DNA of 55,679 bases from Myxococcota bacterium (GTDB lineage: Bacteria; Myxococcota; Myxococcia; Myxococcales; Myxococcaceae): assembly GCA_049322255.1 (NCBI GenBank), contig JBMORE010000103.1, positions 62,001 to 117,679 of the forward strand, read 5' to 3'. Position numbers and translations under genes: made by a program. Below, in pieces: positions 37,470-48,800 of the stretch (its first letter is position 1; each line of letters begins with the position of its first letter). A model generated the notes under the pieces. The model saw only the letters and a list, made by a program, of their open reading frames with translations. It did no database searches and was not told the DNA's origin.

Positions 37470-38648
37470 CTAACGCGAAGCTCCTCCCGGGAGCGGCATG
37501 ACGTCGGCGGCGGCGACTGGCTCGGACGGCGGCAGGCGGCGCGGCGGCACCACCACCGGGGGAGGAATCGGGCAGCGCGTGCAGGGGCCGCGCATCGGCA
37601 CCTTGAGCACCCGCGACACCCGAAGGAACGTGTTGCGTAGCTTGTTGGCCTTTTGAATCGCCCTCACCGTGCTGTTGTAGCGACGGGCGATCGCGCCCAG
37701 AGTGTCGCCGCGCCGCACTTTGTGCATGGCGATGTTCTGCTCCGGGCGCTGGGCGAGCAACGGAGCCACCCGGCGTCCCAGCTCCTGTGCGCGCGGATTG
37801 AAGTAGCGCACGTGAAAGTGGTCGCGATGGCGGCGGGCGTGCTGCACCAGCGAGCGCTTGCCCGCGCGAAAAAGGGAGTCGAGCCACACCGGGTCCTCGC
37901 CGATCGCCAGCGCGTGGGCGTAGAGCACCTTCTGCACCCGCCGGTCGAGGAGAATGAACTGCACATCGCCGTGCACGATGAGCGCCCGAAGGAGCGCCCA
38001 GTTGAGGGCAACGTCGATCACCTTCTCCCGCTCGCGAACCTTCACTGGCTCTTCGGTGGGGTAATAGAAACCCAAATCGACGTCGCGCCCGCTCTGGTGG
38101 CTCTTGTGGGGGCGCACGTAGCCGCCTTCGGGGAGGGACATCTGGTTGACGCGAAGGCGCGGGGCGTGGGGGAACTGCGCCCGCACTTCGCGAATCGCCG
38201 CCGTGACGTATTCGACGGTCTCGCGGGTGGCGAAGGCCCGATCGGGGGAAACCAGAATCCACTCCTCGCTGCGCGGAAAGCGCTCGGCGTTCACCAACCG
38301 GCCCTCGTCGGCGAAGCCGATGGAGATGGACCCGAGGGCTTCGGGGGCGTTCGCCCACTTCTCCGCCAAATCGGCGTCAGCGAGGTCGGTGGTGTAGCGA
38401 AGAGCACCGTCGGCGGCGGCATCGGGCTCGCGCGACTCCGCTTCCTCCGCCACCGCTTCGTCCTCTTCGCCGACGTCGTCGTCCTCGGAAAATGGAGCTT
38501 CGATGGCGACCTCCTCCGTTGGCGGCGAAGAGGGAGTGGCTGCGACGGCGGAGACCTCCGTGGCAGGCGCGAGCGCGGACGGGGGTGGGGCCGCGGCGTT
38601 GAGCGCGCAACCAGCACCTAGCAAACCAAGCCAGAACACCTGACGCAT
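37470..38648 (-). CDS. Penicillin-insensitive murein endopeptidase (MepA-like) with LysM domain, lipoprotein
   Basis: G.L.N, HKSHQSGRDVD, HRDHFHVR and LysM HKVRRGDTLGAIARRY. Confidence 0.9.
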   Translation of the reverse strand: MRQVFWLGLLGAGCALNAAAPPPSALAPATEVSAVAATPSSPPTEEVAIEAPFSEDDDVGEEDEAVAEEAESREPDAAADGALRYTTDLADADLAEKWANAPEALGSISIGFADEGRLVNAERFPRSEEWILVSPDRAFATRETVEYVTAAIREVRAQFPHAPRLRVNQMSLPEGGYVRPHKSHQSGRDVDLGFYYPTEEPVKVREREKVIDVALNWALLRALIVHGDVQFILLDRRVQKVLYAHALAIGEDPVWLDSLFRAGKRSLVQHARRHRDHFHVRYFNPRAQELGRRVAPLLAQRPEQNIAMHKVRRGDTLGAIARRYNSTVRAIQKANKLRNTFLRVSRVLKVPMRGPCTRCPIPPPVVVPPRRLPPSEPVAAADVMPLPGGASR

Positions 38649-38700
38649 CGGACCTGGGCGCCATTCTAGTACCGCCCCACCCCGCCGGGAGAAACCGGGG

Positions 38701-39126
38701 TCAAACGGTCAGTCCCACCAGGTGGTTCAAGAACGCCACCCGCACGTCTTCGGGAATCTCCACCGGCTTGAAGGTGTCCATCGAGATGGCGACGGTGACC
38801 ACCTCGAAGGTGGCGCAGAGGGTGTCGGTTTCGTTCTTGTAGAAACGGTAGCGCGAGGTGATCGACCGGGTGGACAGCTTCACCGTGTCCATCTCCACCC
38901 GCGCGATGTCGCCGAAGGTGAGGGGCGCCTTGAAGTCGCCGGCGGCGTGCACGCTGGGGTAGCCGACCTTGCGGCGCATGAGCATCTCGGCGTAGGGCAC
39001 GCCCACCTCGGCAGCGAAGAAGTCTTCGAACACCCGGTGGCAGTAATCGAACAGGCGCGGGTAGTAGACGATGCGCGCGTAGTCGACGTCTTGGAACCGC
39101 ACGGGCAGCTTTTGAACGTACGCCAT
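38701..39126 (-). CDS. 4HBT-family acyl-CoA thioesterase
   Basis: VRFQDVDYARIVYYPR and DFKAPLTFGD. Confidence 0.9.
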   Translation of the reverse strand: MAYVQKLPVRFQDVDYARIVYYPRLFDYCHRVFEDFFAAEVGVPYAEMLMRRKVGYPSVHAAGDFKAPLTFGDIARVEMDTVKLSTRSITSRYRFYKNETDTLCATFEVVTVAISMDTFKPVEIPEDVRVAFLNHLVGLTV

Positions 39127-39128
39127 GG

Positions 39129-40304
39129 TCAGCTGAACGCGTCGAGCCCGGTGATGGCCTTGCCGAGAATGAGGGTGTGCACCTCGTGGGTGCCCTCGTA
39201 GGTGTACACCGACTCCAAGTTGAGCATGTGCCGCACCGGTGGGTACTCGTCGGTGATGCCGTTGGCGCCATAGATGCTGCGCGCCGCCCGAGCAATCTCC
39301 AGCGCGCTCTTCACATTGTTGCGCTTGGCGAGCGACACCTGGGTGGCGGTCACCTTGCCCTCATCCTTGAGCCGGGCCAGCCGCCAGGAGAGCAGCTGCG
39401 CCTTGACGATCTCCTGCAGCATCTCGGCGAGCTTTTCCTGCGTGAGCTGGAAGCCGGCGATGGGCTTGCCAAACTGCACCCGCGTCAACGCGTACTCGCG
39501 CGCGCCCTCGAAGCAGGCGACCGCCGCGCCGGTGACCGCGAAGGCGATGCCCAACCGCGCGTTGTTGAGGCAGGAGAGCGGGCCGCGTAAGCCCTGCACT
39601 CCGGGGAGGACGTTGCGCTCCGGCACCCGCACGTCCTGGAGGATGAGCTCGGAGGTGTAGGACGCGCGCAACGAAAACTTGCCGTGAATCTCCCGCGCGG
39701 AAAAACCCGGCATGCCCTTCTCCACGAGGAAGCCCCTGATGCTGTCGGGGCCCTCGCCGGTCTTCGCCCAGACCAGAGCGACGTCGGCGACGCTGCCGTT
39801 GGTGATCCACATCTTCGAGCCATTGAGCACCCACTCGCCGCCGTCCTTCTTCGCCCGGGTGCGCATGCCACCGGGGTCGGAGCCGAAGTCGGCCTCCGTC
39901 AGCCCGAAGCAGCCGATGACCTTTCCCTTGGCCATGCCGGGGAGGAAGCGCTCTTTCTGTTCCTCCGAGCCGTAGGCGTAAATCGGCCACATGCACAACG
40001 AGCTTTGCACCGAGGCGAACGAGCGTAGCCCCGAGTCCGCTCGCTCCAGCTCCTGGAGGATGAGCCCATACGCCACATGGCTCATGCCCGCACAGCCATA
40101 GCCTTTGAGCGGTGCACCGAACACGCCGAGGTCGGCGAGCTTGGGCACGACCTCCATGGGGAAGGTGCCGTTGCGAAAGTGCTTGCCGATGATCGGGAGG
40201 ACCTCGCGGTCGACGAGCTCTGCCACCACGTCGCGGGCGGCCCGCTCTTCGGGAGCAAGCAGCTGGTCGATGCAGTAGAGGTCGGTGATGTCGGCGCGGG
40301 GCAT
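39129..40304 (-). CDS. gcdH: Glutaryl-CoA dehydrogenase-like acyl-CoA dehydrogenase
   Basis: ELERADSG.RS..SVQSSL, CFGLTE..FGSDP, KMWITNG, NLESVYTYEGT. Confidence 0.88.
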   Translation of the reverse strand: MPRADITDLYCIDQLLAPEERAARDVVAELVDREVLPIIGKHFRNGTFPMEVVPKLADLGVFGAPLKGYGCAGMSHVAYGLILQELERADSGLRSFASVQSSLCMWPIYAYGSEEQKERFLPGMAKGKVIGCFGLTEADFGSDPGGMRTRAKKDGGEWVLNGSKMWITNGSVADVALVWAKTGEGPDSIRGFLVEKGMPGFSAREIHGKFSLRASYTSELILQDVRVPERNVLPGVQGLRGPLSCLNNARLGIAFAVTGAAVACFEGAREYALTRVQFGKPIAGFQLTQEKLAEMLQEIVKAQLLSWRLARLKDEGKVTATQVSLAKRNNVKSALEIARAARSIYGANGITDEYPPVRHMLNLESVYTYEGTHEVHTLILGKAITGLDAFS

Positions 40305-40347
40305 GAAGGACGCTCCGAAGAAGGAGGGGCTTGTAACACGGCGATTT

Positions 40348-42066
40348 CTAGAACCCCAGCGGCCCCAGCTCGCGTGCCAGGCGCCGGCTCTCCCCCACCT
40401 TGGGCAGCTCCAGGGGCCGCAAGGCTCCCTCCTTCCATTCGAGGAAGAGCAGCGAGGGGTCATCGAGCGGACGATCGAACCGGAAGGCGAGCCGGCGCGG
40501 GCCCTGCGAGCTGGCCTCGCGTACGGTGGCGGTGAACCCGCGAAGCGTGACCTGGTCTCCTTCGCGCAGCGGAAACTGGGGCGCACGGACCATCTGCTCG
40601 AACACCGTGCTCAGCATGTGTCCGCCAACCACCTCGAGCTCGAGGGCGTCTTCCGCGGTGCGCGTCAGCAGGTGGTCGAAGGGCGCCAAGGAGAGTGTCC
40701 ACCATGACCGAGGCTGGGGTGCGCCGCGGTACGAGCGGACCACCGGAGCGTAGAGGGCCACCGATGGATCCGGCGCGAGAGGGATGACCACGTGCAACGA
40801 CGGATCGAGCGGTACCACGAGCGTCTTCTCCACCCGCGGGCCGGCGGAGCCGAAGGCGGCGTACTGGCTGCCCCAGCCGAGAACCGCCAGCGGCACGTGC
40901 AAGAGCACCAGCACCACCGCCCACGCCCGCTCGAACGGCGATGCGCGCCAGGCGTGGCGAATCAACACCGCGAGCAACGCCGAGCCGCCGAGCGAGGGCA
41001 AAAGCAACAAGCGGTTGGTGGGAAAGGTGGCTGCCACCGGTAAGAGAGATAGACCGGCGCCGGCGAGCAGCCAGGTGAGCCCGCGCCGTTCGACCTCGGC
41101 AAGACCGCGAATGGCGCGGCGTAAGAGCCACCCCGATCCCACCAGTGCGAGCGCCCCCAGCGAGACCTGTACCGGCCGCAGGTGCTCGAAGTAGAGCCAA
41201 AAATCCGCGGGAAAAGCGACGAGCTGAGCGGCGACCATCGCCAAAAGACGCGGCGGCAGCGCGACGAGGAATGCTCCCGGCGTGGCGGAAGGATCGATGT
41301 AGATACCCGAGCCGAAAGCGCCGTAGTTGCCCAGCTTGTAGACCACGACATAGGCGAGCCCGAGCAAGCCCGCGGGGAGGAGCGCTCCCAGCCGCTCCCT
41401 TCGCCCGCCAGGCGCCGCCACCCACTCGTACGCGGCGAGGTAACAAAACACGCCCAGCGCCGCTTCTCCCGCGAGCAGCCCCAAGGTGTACCCCAGCATC
41501 GAGAGCGGAAGGCCGAAGCGCCAGCGCTCCTCGCGCCAGCGAAGGTGCGCGACGAGCCCGAGCAGCGCCGGCGTCGCCGCCACCAGCGCGTTTCGATTGG
41601 CAAGCCAGCTCACCGGCATCCAATGCGCGTCATCGATGGCGAAGAGCAGCAGCGCCGCGCCACCCAACGCAGAAGGCAACGCCCGCCGCAGCACCAGCGC
41701 GCACGCCCCGACGAGCGCCAGGTACCAGAGCGCCGAGTGCAAGTGCGGCGGCCACTCCAGCTTCCCGAAGAGCGCGAGGTCCACGTAGGTCAACGCGGAA
41801 GAGAACGGCCGCCAGAAGTTGAGCTTGAGCTCGCGCAGCGTCCACCACGGATAGGGCCCCCGCTCGATGAAACGGGCGAGCTCGCTCGGATTGCCGGATG
41901 CGAAGCGGTAGAGCTCCAGGCCTTTCGCGGGAGATTCCAGACCCGTCGCCGACGCAAGGTGGATGTAGTCGTCGAGGAAGAGCCCCAAACTCAGAGCGGG
42001 CAGGGAAAGAGCAGCCGCCAACGCGAGCGCCGCCAACGTGGCACGCGGAAAGGCCAGCCAACGCAC
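40348..42066 (-). CDS. Polytopic membrane protein, GT-C-like
   Basis: F.DD, FWRP, V.WLANRN and E motifs with many TM segments. Confidence 0.72.
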   Translation of the reverse strand: MRWLAFPRATLAALALAAALSLPALSLGLFLDDYIHLASATGLESPAKGLELYRFASGNPSELARFIERGPYPWWTLRELKLNFWRPFSSALTYVDLALFGKLEWPPHLHSALWYLALVGACALVLRRALPSALGGAALLLFAIDDAHWMPVSWLANRNALVAATPALLGLVAHLRWREERWRFGLPLSMLGYTLGLLAGEAALGVFCYLAAYEWVAAPGGRRERLGALLPAGLLGLAYVVVYKLGNYGAFGSGIYIDPSATPGAFLVALPPRLLAMVAAQLVAFPADFWLYFEHLRPVQVSLGALALVGSGWLLRRAIRGLAEVERRGLTWLLAGAGLSLLPVAATFPTNRLLLLPSLGGSALLAVLIRHAWRASPFERAWAVVLVLLHVPLAVLGWGSQYAAFGSAGPRVEKTLVVPLDPSLHVVIPLAPDPSVALYAPVVRSYRGAPQPRSWWTLSLAPFDHLLTRTAEDALELEVVGGHMLSTVFEQMVRAPQFPLREGDQVTLRGFTATVREASSQGPRRLAFRFDRPLDDPSLLFLEWKEGALRPLELPKVGESRRLARELGPLGF

Positions 42067-42119
42067 GGTCGAATCCTACGCTGGTTCGTGGCAGGCCCCG
42101 CGACGTATCTTCTCGCCGC

Positions 42120-42881
42120 ATGAGCGCGGTGAAGCTGGCGGTGGTGACAGGCGCGAGCCGAGGCATCGGCAAAGAGATTGTTCTGCGCCTGGTACGCGAG
42201 GGTTACCAGGTGTGGGCGCTGGCCCGTTCGCTGGAGGTACTGCAGAAGCTCGCCTCCCAGGTAGAGGTGGGGCGCATCCGTCCGCTGCGGATGGACGCCG
42301 AGCGCGCCGACGACGTCCTCTCCGCGGCTGCGCAGGTGGCGCAGAGCGGCACCCCCTCGGTGCTGGTGAACAATGCGGGCATCGCCGTCTCGGCGCCGCT
42401 GCCCAAGACAGAGCACGATGCCTGGCAACGAACGATGGCCGTCAACGTCACCGCGCCCTTTCTCCTCTGCCGCGAGCTGATGCCGAAGATGGCAGCGAGC
42501 GGCGGCGGGCGGGTCATCAACGTCGCCTCCACGGCCGCGCTCAAAGGGTACAAGTACACGTCCGCCTATTGCGCCTCCAAACACGCGCTGCTCGGGCTCA
42601 CCCGCGCGCTGGCGGTGGAGTACGCGCAGAAGAACGTCACCGTGAACGCCCTCTGCCCCGGCTGGGTGGACACCGACATGCTCGCGGCGTCCGCGCAGAC
42701 CATCGCGCAGACCACCGGACGAACGGTGGAAGAGGCACGGCAGACGCTGGCGAAGATGAACCCCATGGGGCGGCTGGTGACGCCGGCGGAGGTCGCCGAG
42801 CTGTGCGCCTTCCTCGTCTCGCCCGCGGCGGCTGCGGTCACCGGAGCGGCGTACACGATGGACGGCGGCGAGTCCGCCTGA
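42120..42881 (+). CDS. SDR oxidoreductase (3-hydroxyacyl-CoA dehydrogenase-like)
   Basis: TGASRGIG, NNAG, YCASK, PG.VDT. Confidence 0.93.
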   Translation: MSAVKLAVVTGASRGIGKEIVLRLVREGYQVWALARSLEVLQKLASQVEVGRIRPLRMDAERADDVLSAAAQVAQSGTPSVLVNNAGIAVSAPLPKTEHDAWQRTMAVNVTAPFLLCRELMPKMAASGGGRVINVASTAALKGYKYTSAYCASKHALLGLTRALAVEYAQKNVTVNALCPGWVDTDMLAASAQTIAQTTGRTVEEARQTLAKMNPMGRLVTPAEVAELCAFLVSPAAAAVTGAAYTMDGGESA

Positions 42882-42895
42882 TGCGAAAGGAAGCG

Positions 42896-43297
42896 ATGGC
42901 CATTCACCGCGACGTTCAACCCCAAGGCTGGGCCCGCCCTCGCGGTTACGCCAACGGAGTGCTCGCCGAGGGCAAGCTGCTCTTCATCGCCGGCCAGGTG
43001 GGTTGGGACCCGGCCACTCCCGAGCCGACCTTTCCAAAGTCGTTCGTCGAGCAGTTCGACCGCGCGCTGCAAAACGTGCTCGCGGTGGTGCGGGAAGCCG
43101 GCGGGACGGCCGAAAACCTCACCCAGCTCACCCTCTTTGTCACTGACAAGGCGGAATACCTGGCGGCGCTCGAGGAAGTGGGCGCGGTGTGGAAGAAGCA
43201 CGCCGGCCGCCACTACCCGGCGATGGCGCTGGTGCAGGTGGCCTCGCTGCTTTCCGACGAGGCGAAGGTGGAGATTCAGGGCATGGCGGTGCTCTAA
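42896..43297 (+). CDS. RidA/YjgF-family protein
   Basis: P.GYANG, IAGQVG, YPAMALVQV..L, KVEI. RBS AAGGAAG. Alternative ATG at 42881. Confidence 0.92.
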   Translation: MAIHRDVQPQGWARPRGYANGVLAEGKLLFIAGQVGWDPATPEPTFPKSFVEQFDRALQNVLAVVREAGGTAENLTQLTLFVTDKAEYLAALEEVGAVWKKHAGRHYPAMALVQVASLLSDEAKVEIQGMAVL

Positions 43298-43692
43298 GAA
43301 GCACGGTCATGAAGCGACCGGCGGCGCCGCTCGGCCGACCGCCGCACGACCAGCCCCACGTACGCCACCGCGTTGGCCAGAAGGACAACCGCTCCCATCG
43401 CCCACTGCAGGCCGTGGGTGAGGCCCGGGGAATAGACAAGGGGGATGATGTAGTGCTCGACGAAGCCTTCGGTGTAGCCGCTCTCCCCGGCGGCGCGCCG
43501 CAGCACGTTCTCCAGCGGAGTGAGCGGGCAGACCCAGCCCATCCACTGCACCGCCACCCCCCACACCGCGAGCGGCAGGTGGATGAAGGCCAACCTCGGC
43601 CACCTCCACGTGAGAAAGCCGCCGGCCACGATGAACACGATGAACGCCAGGTGGAGCACCACCACGGCGTCGGCAGCAAGACGGTAGAACAA
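43294..43692 (-). CDS. DUF2784-family membrane protein
   Basis: LAADAVVVLHLAFI.F...GG, CPLTPLEN, GFVEHY...VY. TTG start after GAGG. Confidence 0.85.
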   Translation of the reverse strand: MFYRLAADAVVVLHLAFIVFIVAGGFLTWRWPRLAFIHLPLAVWGVAVQWMGWVCPLTPLENVLRRAAGESGYTEGFVEHYIIPLVYSPGLTHGLQWAMGAVVLLANAVAYVGLVVRRSAERRRRSLHDRAS

Positions 43693-43700
43693 GAGAACCT

Positions 43701-45011
43701 CTAGGCGGGTTGGCGAAGGAACGAGTCGAGTGTCACGCCGACAATCTGGTCGGCCTCGAACGGCGTGCCACAAACGACGGTGAGCCTCGACTTGGGGAAG
43801 ACCTTTCGAAACCAAGCAAAGTCGAGTGCTGTGGCACGGCCTCGCTTGACCTCGACGAAGTGATCTTTACCTACGACGAAATCGAGCTCGTGGCCCCCAC
43901 CCTGCCAGTAGGGGATGCGTTCGGGCTCCGGCTTCCCGGCCAGCGCTGCACGCCGAAACAGCTCCTGCGCCACGGCCCATTCCTGCCAAACGCCCTGCCG
44001 TTCTGGCTCGAGCCGATTCAGATCATCCGCCGAACGCGGTGCATCCGGCGCCCACACACATGCGGCAAGCAAGTTGATGAACGGAAATTTCGCCGGCTTT
44101 CGCGAGACCTCGGCGCGCAAAGAAGCGTCCCACGCTGGCGAAGTGCCGACGCACAGCAAATCCGAGAGCATGTCGACCCACCCAGCAGCGACGGTGTTGT
44201 TGGCCAGGCCAGCGTCGCGGGCAAGCTTGGTTTGGCCAAGCGGTGCACCGCCGTGCCGGTGGAGCTGCTCCATGACGGCAACCAGCGAACGGCGTGAACG
44301 CCCACTGCGCGCACACTCGCCTTGCACCCAGTCGCGAACGACATCGACAGCCCACTCGGAGAGCCGCCTCGTGCGAAGAAGCTCGCCACACGCGAGGGGG
44401 GAGCCTCCGGACAACAAATACGAGCCAAGCGCGCGCGGCCCCAGCTCATGGCCCCCGGCACGTAGAAACTCCGCGTAGGGAACAGGCAGGAACAAGTAGC
44501 TGGTCCTTCCCAGCTTTCCCTTGCGTCCCGGCAGCCGCTCGCCTCCATGCCTCAAGTCAGCCGCCCGCGAGCCTGTGGTCACGACGAGAACCCGGCGAAG
44601 CTCTCCGCGGTCGAGGACTCGCTTGATGCCCATCTCCCAGTCAGCCACCGCGGTGATCTCGTCGATGAACAGGCGGCGAACCGCGGCGTCCTTTCGGAAC
44701 GAGACGGCCAGGCGTGACAGCTCTGCCGCGAGGTGGTCGGCATCACGCAAATAGTCACCGTCGAGGAACAGCGCGCTGCCTGGCCCATAACGAACCGCCG
44801 TGTCGCGCATGACCCCTTCCAGCCAGGTCGATTTCCCGAGCTGTCGCGCGCCCCGCACGAGAATGAGCCCAGGCTCGGTCGGCAGCTCACTCAGGCCGAA
44901 CTGCAGCCGAAAGACGGCCGGCGCTTCGACCAACGCCTCCAACCGAGGAAACAGACCGGGTACGTCCAAGGTACCGCCCAGAAGCGCCTGGTTGACTTGA
45001 TCAACGTTCAC
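43701..45011 (-). CDS. AAA_14-type ATPase + wHTH + DUF4143/PD-(D/E)XK nuclease-like protein (copy 1)
   Basis: GARQLGKST, LFIDE, TGS, GG.P, ELDFVV...VEVK. Likely GTG at 45011; the ORF is open to 45089. Confidence 0.88.
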   Translation of the reverse strand: MNVDQVNQALLGGTLDVPGLFPRLEALVEAPAVFRLQFGLSELPTEPGLILVRGARQLGKSTWLEGVMRDTAVRYGPGSALFLDGDYLRDADHLAAELSRLAVSFRKDAAVRRLFIDEITAVADWEMGIKRVLDRGELRRVLVVTTGSRAADLRHGGERLPGRKGKLGRTSYLFLPVPYAEFLRAGGHELGPRALGSYLLSGGSPLACGELLRTRRLSEWAVDVVRDWVQGECARSGRSRRSLVAVMEQLHRHGGAPLGQTKLARDAGLANNTVAAGWVDMLSDLLCVGTSPAWDASLRAEVSRKPAKFPFINLLAACVWAPDAPRSADDLNRLEPERQGVWQEWAVAQELFRRAALAGKPEPERIPYWQGGGHELDFVVGKDHFVEVKRGRATALDFAWFRKVFPKSRLTVVCGTPFEADQIVGVTLDSFLRQPA

Positions 45012-45043
45012 GACGTTGAAATTATCAACGCCCTGGACGTTGA
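45001..45043. promoter_or_regulatory. Two tandem TCAACG-N7-CGTTGA palindromes
   Basis: Copies at 45001-45019 and 45025-45043, separated by AATTA and overlapping the likely start of the ATPase gene. Confidence 0.75.
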
Positions 45044-45109
45044 GCAAAGCGTCGACGCCCCAAACAGCCTTCGAGAGGCGAGCTCCCAAGGTTTGCCGCG
45101 GCCTGTGCT

Positions 45110-45919
45110 ATGCCCCGCCCCATGCCAGCGCCCTCCTCCTTCCGCTACGAGGTGGCCGACCGGGTGGGGGTGGTCACCTTCACCCGCCCCGACACCTTGA
45201 ACTCGCTCACCTTCGAAGTGTACCGCGAGCTACGCGACCTCTTCTTCGAGCTTCAGCGCGAGGAGAAGGTTCGCGCGGTGGTCATCACCGGCGAAGGCAA
45301 AGGCTTCTGCTCCGGTGGCGACGTGAATTCCATCATCGGCGAGCTCTTTCGCCGCGACATGCCGGGGCTGGTCGACTTCACCCGCATGACCTGCGACCTC
45401 ATCAAGAACATGCGCGCGCTGCGAAAACCCGTCGTCGCCGCGCTCAACGGCACCGCTGCGGGCGCAGGCGCAGTCATCGCCCTCGCCTCGGACCTCCGGG
45501 TCGCTTCGGAGAAAGCCAAAATCGCCTTCCTCTTCGTCAAGGTCGGCCTCGCCGGCGCCGACATGGGCGCGGCCTATCTTTTGCCGAAGCTGGTGGGCTT
45601 AGGGCGCGCCACCGAGCTGCTCTACTTCGGAGACGCCATCGACGCACCCACCGCCGAGCGCTACGGGTTGTTCAACAAAGTGGTCGCCCCTGAGAAAGTG
45701 CTCGCGGAAGCGCTGACGTGGGCGAAGCGTCTGGCCGAGGGCCCCACCTTCGCCATGGGGATGACCAAGGAGCTGCTCAACGGCGAGCTCAACGCCGACC
45801 TCTACGGCGCGCTGGACAACGAGGCACGCGCGCAGGCGGTGTGCATGCAGACCAAAGACTTCCGCGAGGCGTACGAGTCCTTCGTCGCCAAGCGGCCTCC
45901 CAAGTTCACCGGGAGCTGA
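45110..45919 (+). CDS. Enoyl-CoA hydratase/isomerase family protein
   Basis: [41 protein letters not shown]. Confidence 0.93.
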   Translation: MPRPMPAPSSFRYEVADRVGVVTFTRPDTLNSLTFEVYRELRDLFFELQREEKVRAVVITGEGKGFCSGGDVNSIIGELFRRDMPGLVDFTRMTCDLIKNMRALRKPVVAALNGTAAGAGAVIALASDLRVASEKAKIAFLFVKVGLAGADMGAAYLLPKLVGLGRATELLYFGDAIDAPTAERYGLFNKVVAPEKVLAEALTWAKRLAEGPTFAMGMTKELLNGELNADLYGALDNEARAQAVCMQTKDFREAYESFVAKRPPKFTGS

Positions 45920-45921
45920 GC

Positions 45922-47034
45922 ATGGCCGACTTGCTCTCGCCTGCGCACCACGCACTGGCGGCACAGGCACGAAAGGACTTCGCTCCCCTCGAGCCCCAAG
46001 GCGCTCACGACGACGCCACGCTCGCCCGGCAAGTGGCGGCGCTGGGCTACTACGGCTACCTGGTACCTGGGGTGTACGGAGGGCGCCTCGCCAACGTCGA
46101 CGTGCGCAGCGTCTGCGTGCTCCGGGAAGAGATGGCGTACGTCAGCGCCGCGGCCGATTCCATCTTCGCCGTGCAAGGGTTGGGCAGCCACCCGGTGCTC
46201 TTGGGGGGCAGTGAGCAGCAGAAGAAGGAGCTGCTCTCACGCGTGGCTGCAGGGAGCGCGCTCTTTGCTTTCGCTCTCACCGAGCCAGAGGCTGGCTCCG
46301 ACGTGGCCGCCCTCTCCACCACCGCGAAGCGTGACGGCGATGGTTACGTGCTCGACGGCCACAAGCGCTTCATCTCCAACGCCGGGGTGGCCACGCACTA
46401 CACCGTCTTTGCGCGGACCTCGGAGGGCCCGAAAGGAATCTCCGCCTTCGTGGTGCCGGCCGATTCGCCCGGCTTCCGAGTGGCGAAGATGGAGCTCCTC
46501 GCCGAGCACCCCATCGGAGAGCTCACCTTCGAGCACTGCCGCGTGCCGGCCACCGCGCGACTGGGCGAGGAAGGCTCAGGGATGAAGCTCGCCCTGGCCA
46601 CCCTCGATGTCTTCCGAAGCACGGTGGGCGCGGCGGCGGTGGGCATGGCACGCCGGGCACTCGATGAGGCGCTCGCCTACGCCAAGAAGCGCCGACAGTT
46701 CGGGGCAGCGCTGGCCGAGCTTCAGGCAGTGCAATTCCTCCTCGCCGAAAGCGCGGTGGAGCTCGACGCCGCACGCTTGCTCGTCCAGCGGGCCGCAGCG
46801 GTGAAAGATGGCGGGGCCGAGCGGGTGACCTACCAAGCAGCGGTGGCCAAACTGTTCGCCACCGAGGCCGCGCAGCGCATCATCGACCGCTGTTTGCAAG
46901 TGCACGGCGGCAACGGAGTGGTGAAGGGTTTCGCGATCGAACGGCTGTACCGTGACGTGCGCGCCTTGCGCATCTACGAGGGCGCCTCGGAGGTGCAGAA
47001 ACTCGTGATTGCCCGCCACCTGCTCAAGGCTTGA
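45922..47034 (+). CDS. Acyl-CoA dehydrogenase
   Basis: [41 protein letters not shown]. Confidence 0.94.
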   Translation: MADLLSPAHHALAAQARKDFAPLEPQGAHDDATLARQVAALGYYGYLVPGVYGGRLANVDVRSVCVLREEMAYVSAAADSIFAVQGLGSHPVLLGGSEQQKKELLSRVAAGSALFAFALTEPEAGSDVAALSTTAKRDGDGYVLDGHKRFISNAGVATHYTVFARTSEGPKGISAFVVPADSPGFRVAKMELLAEHPIGELTFEHCRVPATARLGEEGSGMKLALATLDVFRSTVGAAAVGMARRALDEALAYAKKRRQFGAALAELQAVQFLLAESAVELDAARLLVQRAAAVKDGGAERVTYQAAVAKLFATEAAQRIIDRCLQVHGGNGVVKGFAIERLYRDVRALRIYEGASEVQKLVIARHLLKA

Positions 47035-48329
47035 CCCACGTGGATTCGTATGAGCCGTTCATCTCGCTGGGGTTGGCGCTCTTTGCGGGCCTGATCATCG
47101 GTCTGGAGCGAGAGCAATCACGCCCCACGGACAGCGAGCAATCCTTCTTCGGCGGAGCCCGCACCTATCCCCTGATTGCGCTGCTCGGGGCCACCACCAC
47201 GCTGGCATCCAGGTACGTGGGCACCTGGCTGGTGGTCCTCGCCGCCGCCGGGGTGTTCGCGCTGGTGGCCATCAGCTACGCGCAAGATGTCTTCGCCGGC
47301 AAAGAACACGGCATCACCTCCGAAAGCGCGCTGCTGCTCACCTTCATGCTCGGCGTTTTGTCGATGACCGAGTTTGTCACTCCGCTGACACGCAAGCTGT
47401 TCATCGTCGCGTCGGTGACCATCGCCGCCACCTTGCTTCTGTCCATCAAGCCCGCCTTGCACGGCTTCATCCAGAAAGCTTCGAAGGACGACGTGCTCTC
47501 CACCTTGAAGTTCCTCGTGGCGGCGGTGGTGGTGTTGCCGCTGCTCCCCAACGAGACCTTCGGCCCGCTCGAGGTGCTCAACCCGTTCAAAATCGGCCTG
47601 ATGGCGGTGTTGATCGCCGGCATCAGCTTCGTGGGCTACGTCGCCATTCGCCTCCTCGGTCCCGGCCGCGGCATGCCGCTCACCGGAGCCATCGGCGGGC
47701 TGGTGTCCTCCACCGCGGTGACCGTGGCTTTCTCGGCGCGAGCCAAGGAGCGCCCCGACTTGCTTCTCGGTTGCACCGTCGCGGTGGTGCTCGCCTCCTC
47801 CATCATGTTCGGCCGGGTCATCGTCGAGGTGGGGATCGTCCACCCCGCGCTGTTGCCGCGCCTCCTCATCCCCATGGGGACGATGGGGCTCTCCGGGCTG
47901 GCAGTCTCTTTCGTGCTTTACCAACGTGCTCGCGGCGTCCAACAGGCGCCCGCCGAGGTTCAGCTCTCCAACCCCTTCGAGCTTTCCTCGGCGCTCAAGT
48001 TTGCGCTGCTGTTCGCCGTGGTCCTGCTCGGGGTCAAAGCAGCCTCCACGTACCTGGGCGAAAGCGGAACGCTGGTGGCGGGCCTGCTCGCCGGCACCAC
48101 CGACGTCGACGCCATCACCCTCTCGATGGCCAACCTGGCACGAAACGAAGTGGTCAGCGCCCCCACCGCCACCACGGCCATCTTCCTCGGCACCGGCTCG
48201 AACACCCTGGTGAAGGCGGGCTTGGCCGTGTTCAGCGGAGGTTGGGAGCTCGGCCGGCGCGTGCTTTCCGCCTATGCGGTCATCATCGCCGCGGGCGCGC
48301 TCTCGCTGGTGGTGGTGTGGGTGCTCTGA
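47031..48329 (+). CDS. MgtC/SapB-family membrane protein with DUF4010
   Basis: [36 protein letters not shown]. Confidence 0.9.
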   Translation: MTHVDSYEPFISLGLALFAGLIIGLEREQSRPTDSEQSFFGGARTYPLIALLGATTTLASRYVGTWLVVLAAAGVFALVAISYAQDVFAGKEHGITSESALLLTFMLGVLSMTEFVTPLTRKLFIVASVTIAATLLLSIKPALHGFIQKASKDDVLSTLKFLVAAVVVLPLLPNETFGPLEVLNPFKIGLMAVLIAGISFVGYVAIRLLGPGRGMPLTGAIGGLVSSTAVTVAFSARAKERPDLLLGCTVAVVLASSIMFGRVIVEVGIVHPALLPRLLIPMGTMGLSGLAVSFVLYQRARGVQQAPAEVQLSNPFELSSALKFALLFAVVLLGVKAASTYLGESGTLVAGLLAGTTDVDAITLSMANLARNEVVSAPTATTAIFLGTGSNTLVKAGLAVFSGGWELGRRVLSAYAVIIAAGALSLVVVWVL

Positions 48330-48419
48330 CGAGCGTCGGTCCTCTGGCCCTTTCAGCTGCTTGCTTGGAGCGACACGCGGCGCCATGCTTCCTTCATGCG
48401 GCCGGTCCCGGTTGAGGCA

Positions 48420-48800
48420 ATGGAGCGCGTTCTCACCGCTGAGCCAGAGGCGCGCTGGGCCTACCTGTTTGGCTCGGCCGCCCGCGGGCAAGGGGATTGG
48501 CGCGACCTGGATGTCGGCGTTGTCACTTCGCGGGGTTTTGGCCTGCTCGACTTGGGCCGCCTCGCCAGCGCGTTAGAAGAAGCGACGAGAGAGCGGGTGG
48601 ATGTCGTCGATCTCGGAGCTGCACCGCCCATCTTCGTGCACGACATTCTTCGAGGACGTACTCGGCTACTCCTCGACCGCGAGCGCGGGGCTCGCCTCGA
48701 CTGGGAGTCAGAACAAATCTCCCGCGCGCTCGACTTCTTGCCTACCTACCAAGAAACTTTGGCCGCGTGGCGCAGCCGTGTGCGAGAAGTCACTCCGTGA
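48420..48800 (+). CDS. MNT antitoxin, pair 3
   Basis: AYLFGSAARGQGDWRDLD (GSX9DXD) and VDVVDL..APP. Alternative ATG at 48396. Confidence 0.88.
   Translation: MERVLTAEPEARWAYLFGSAARGQGDWRDLDVGVVTSRGFGLLDLGRLASALEEATRERVDVVDLGAAPPIFVHDILRGRTRLLLDRERGARLDWESEQISRALDFLPTYQETLAAWRSRVREVTP

Noticed and set aside
43693..45110. Flanking direct repeats around ATPase copy 1 and around the TA cassettes
   Set aside because: I looked for duplications like the one at 54313/55648 and found none by eye; short ones could have been missed.
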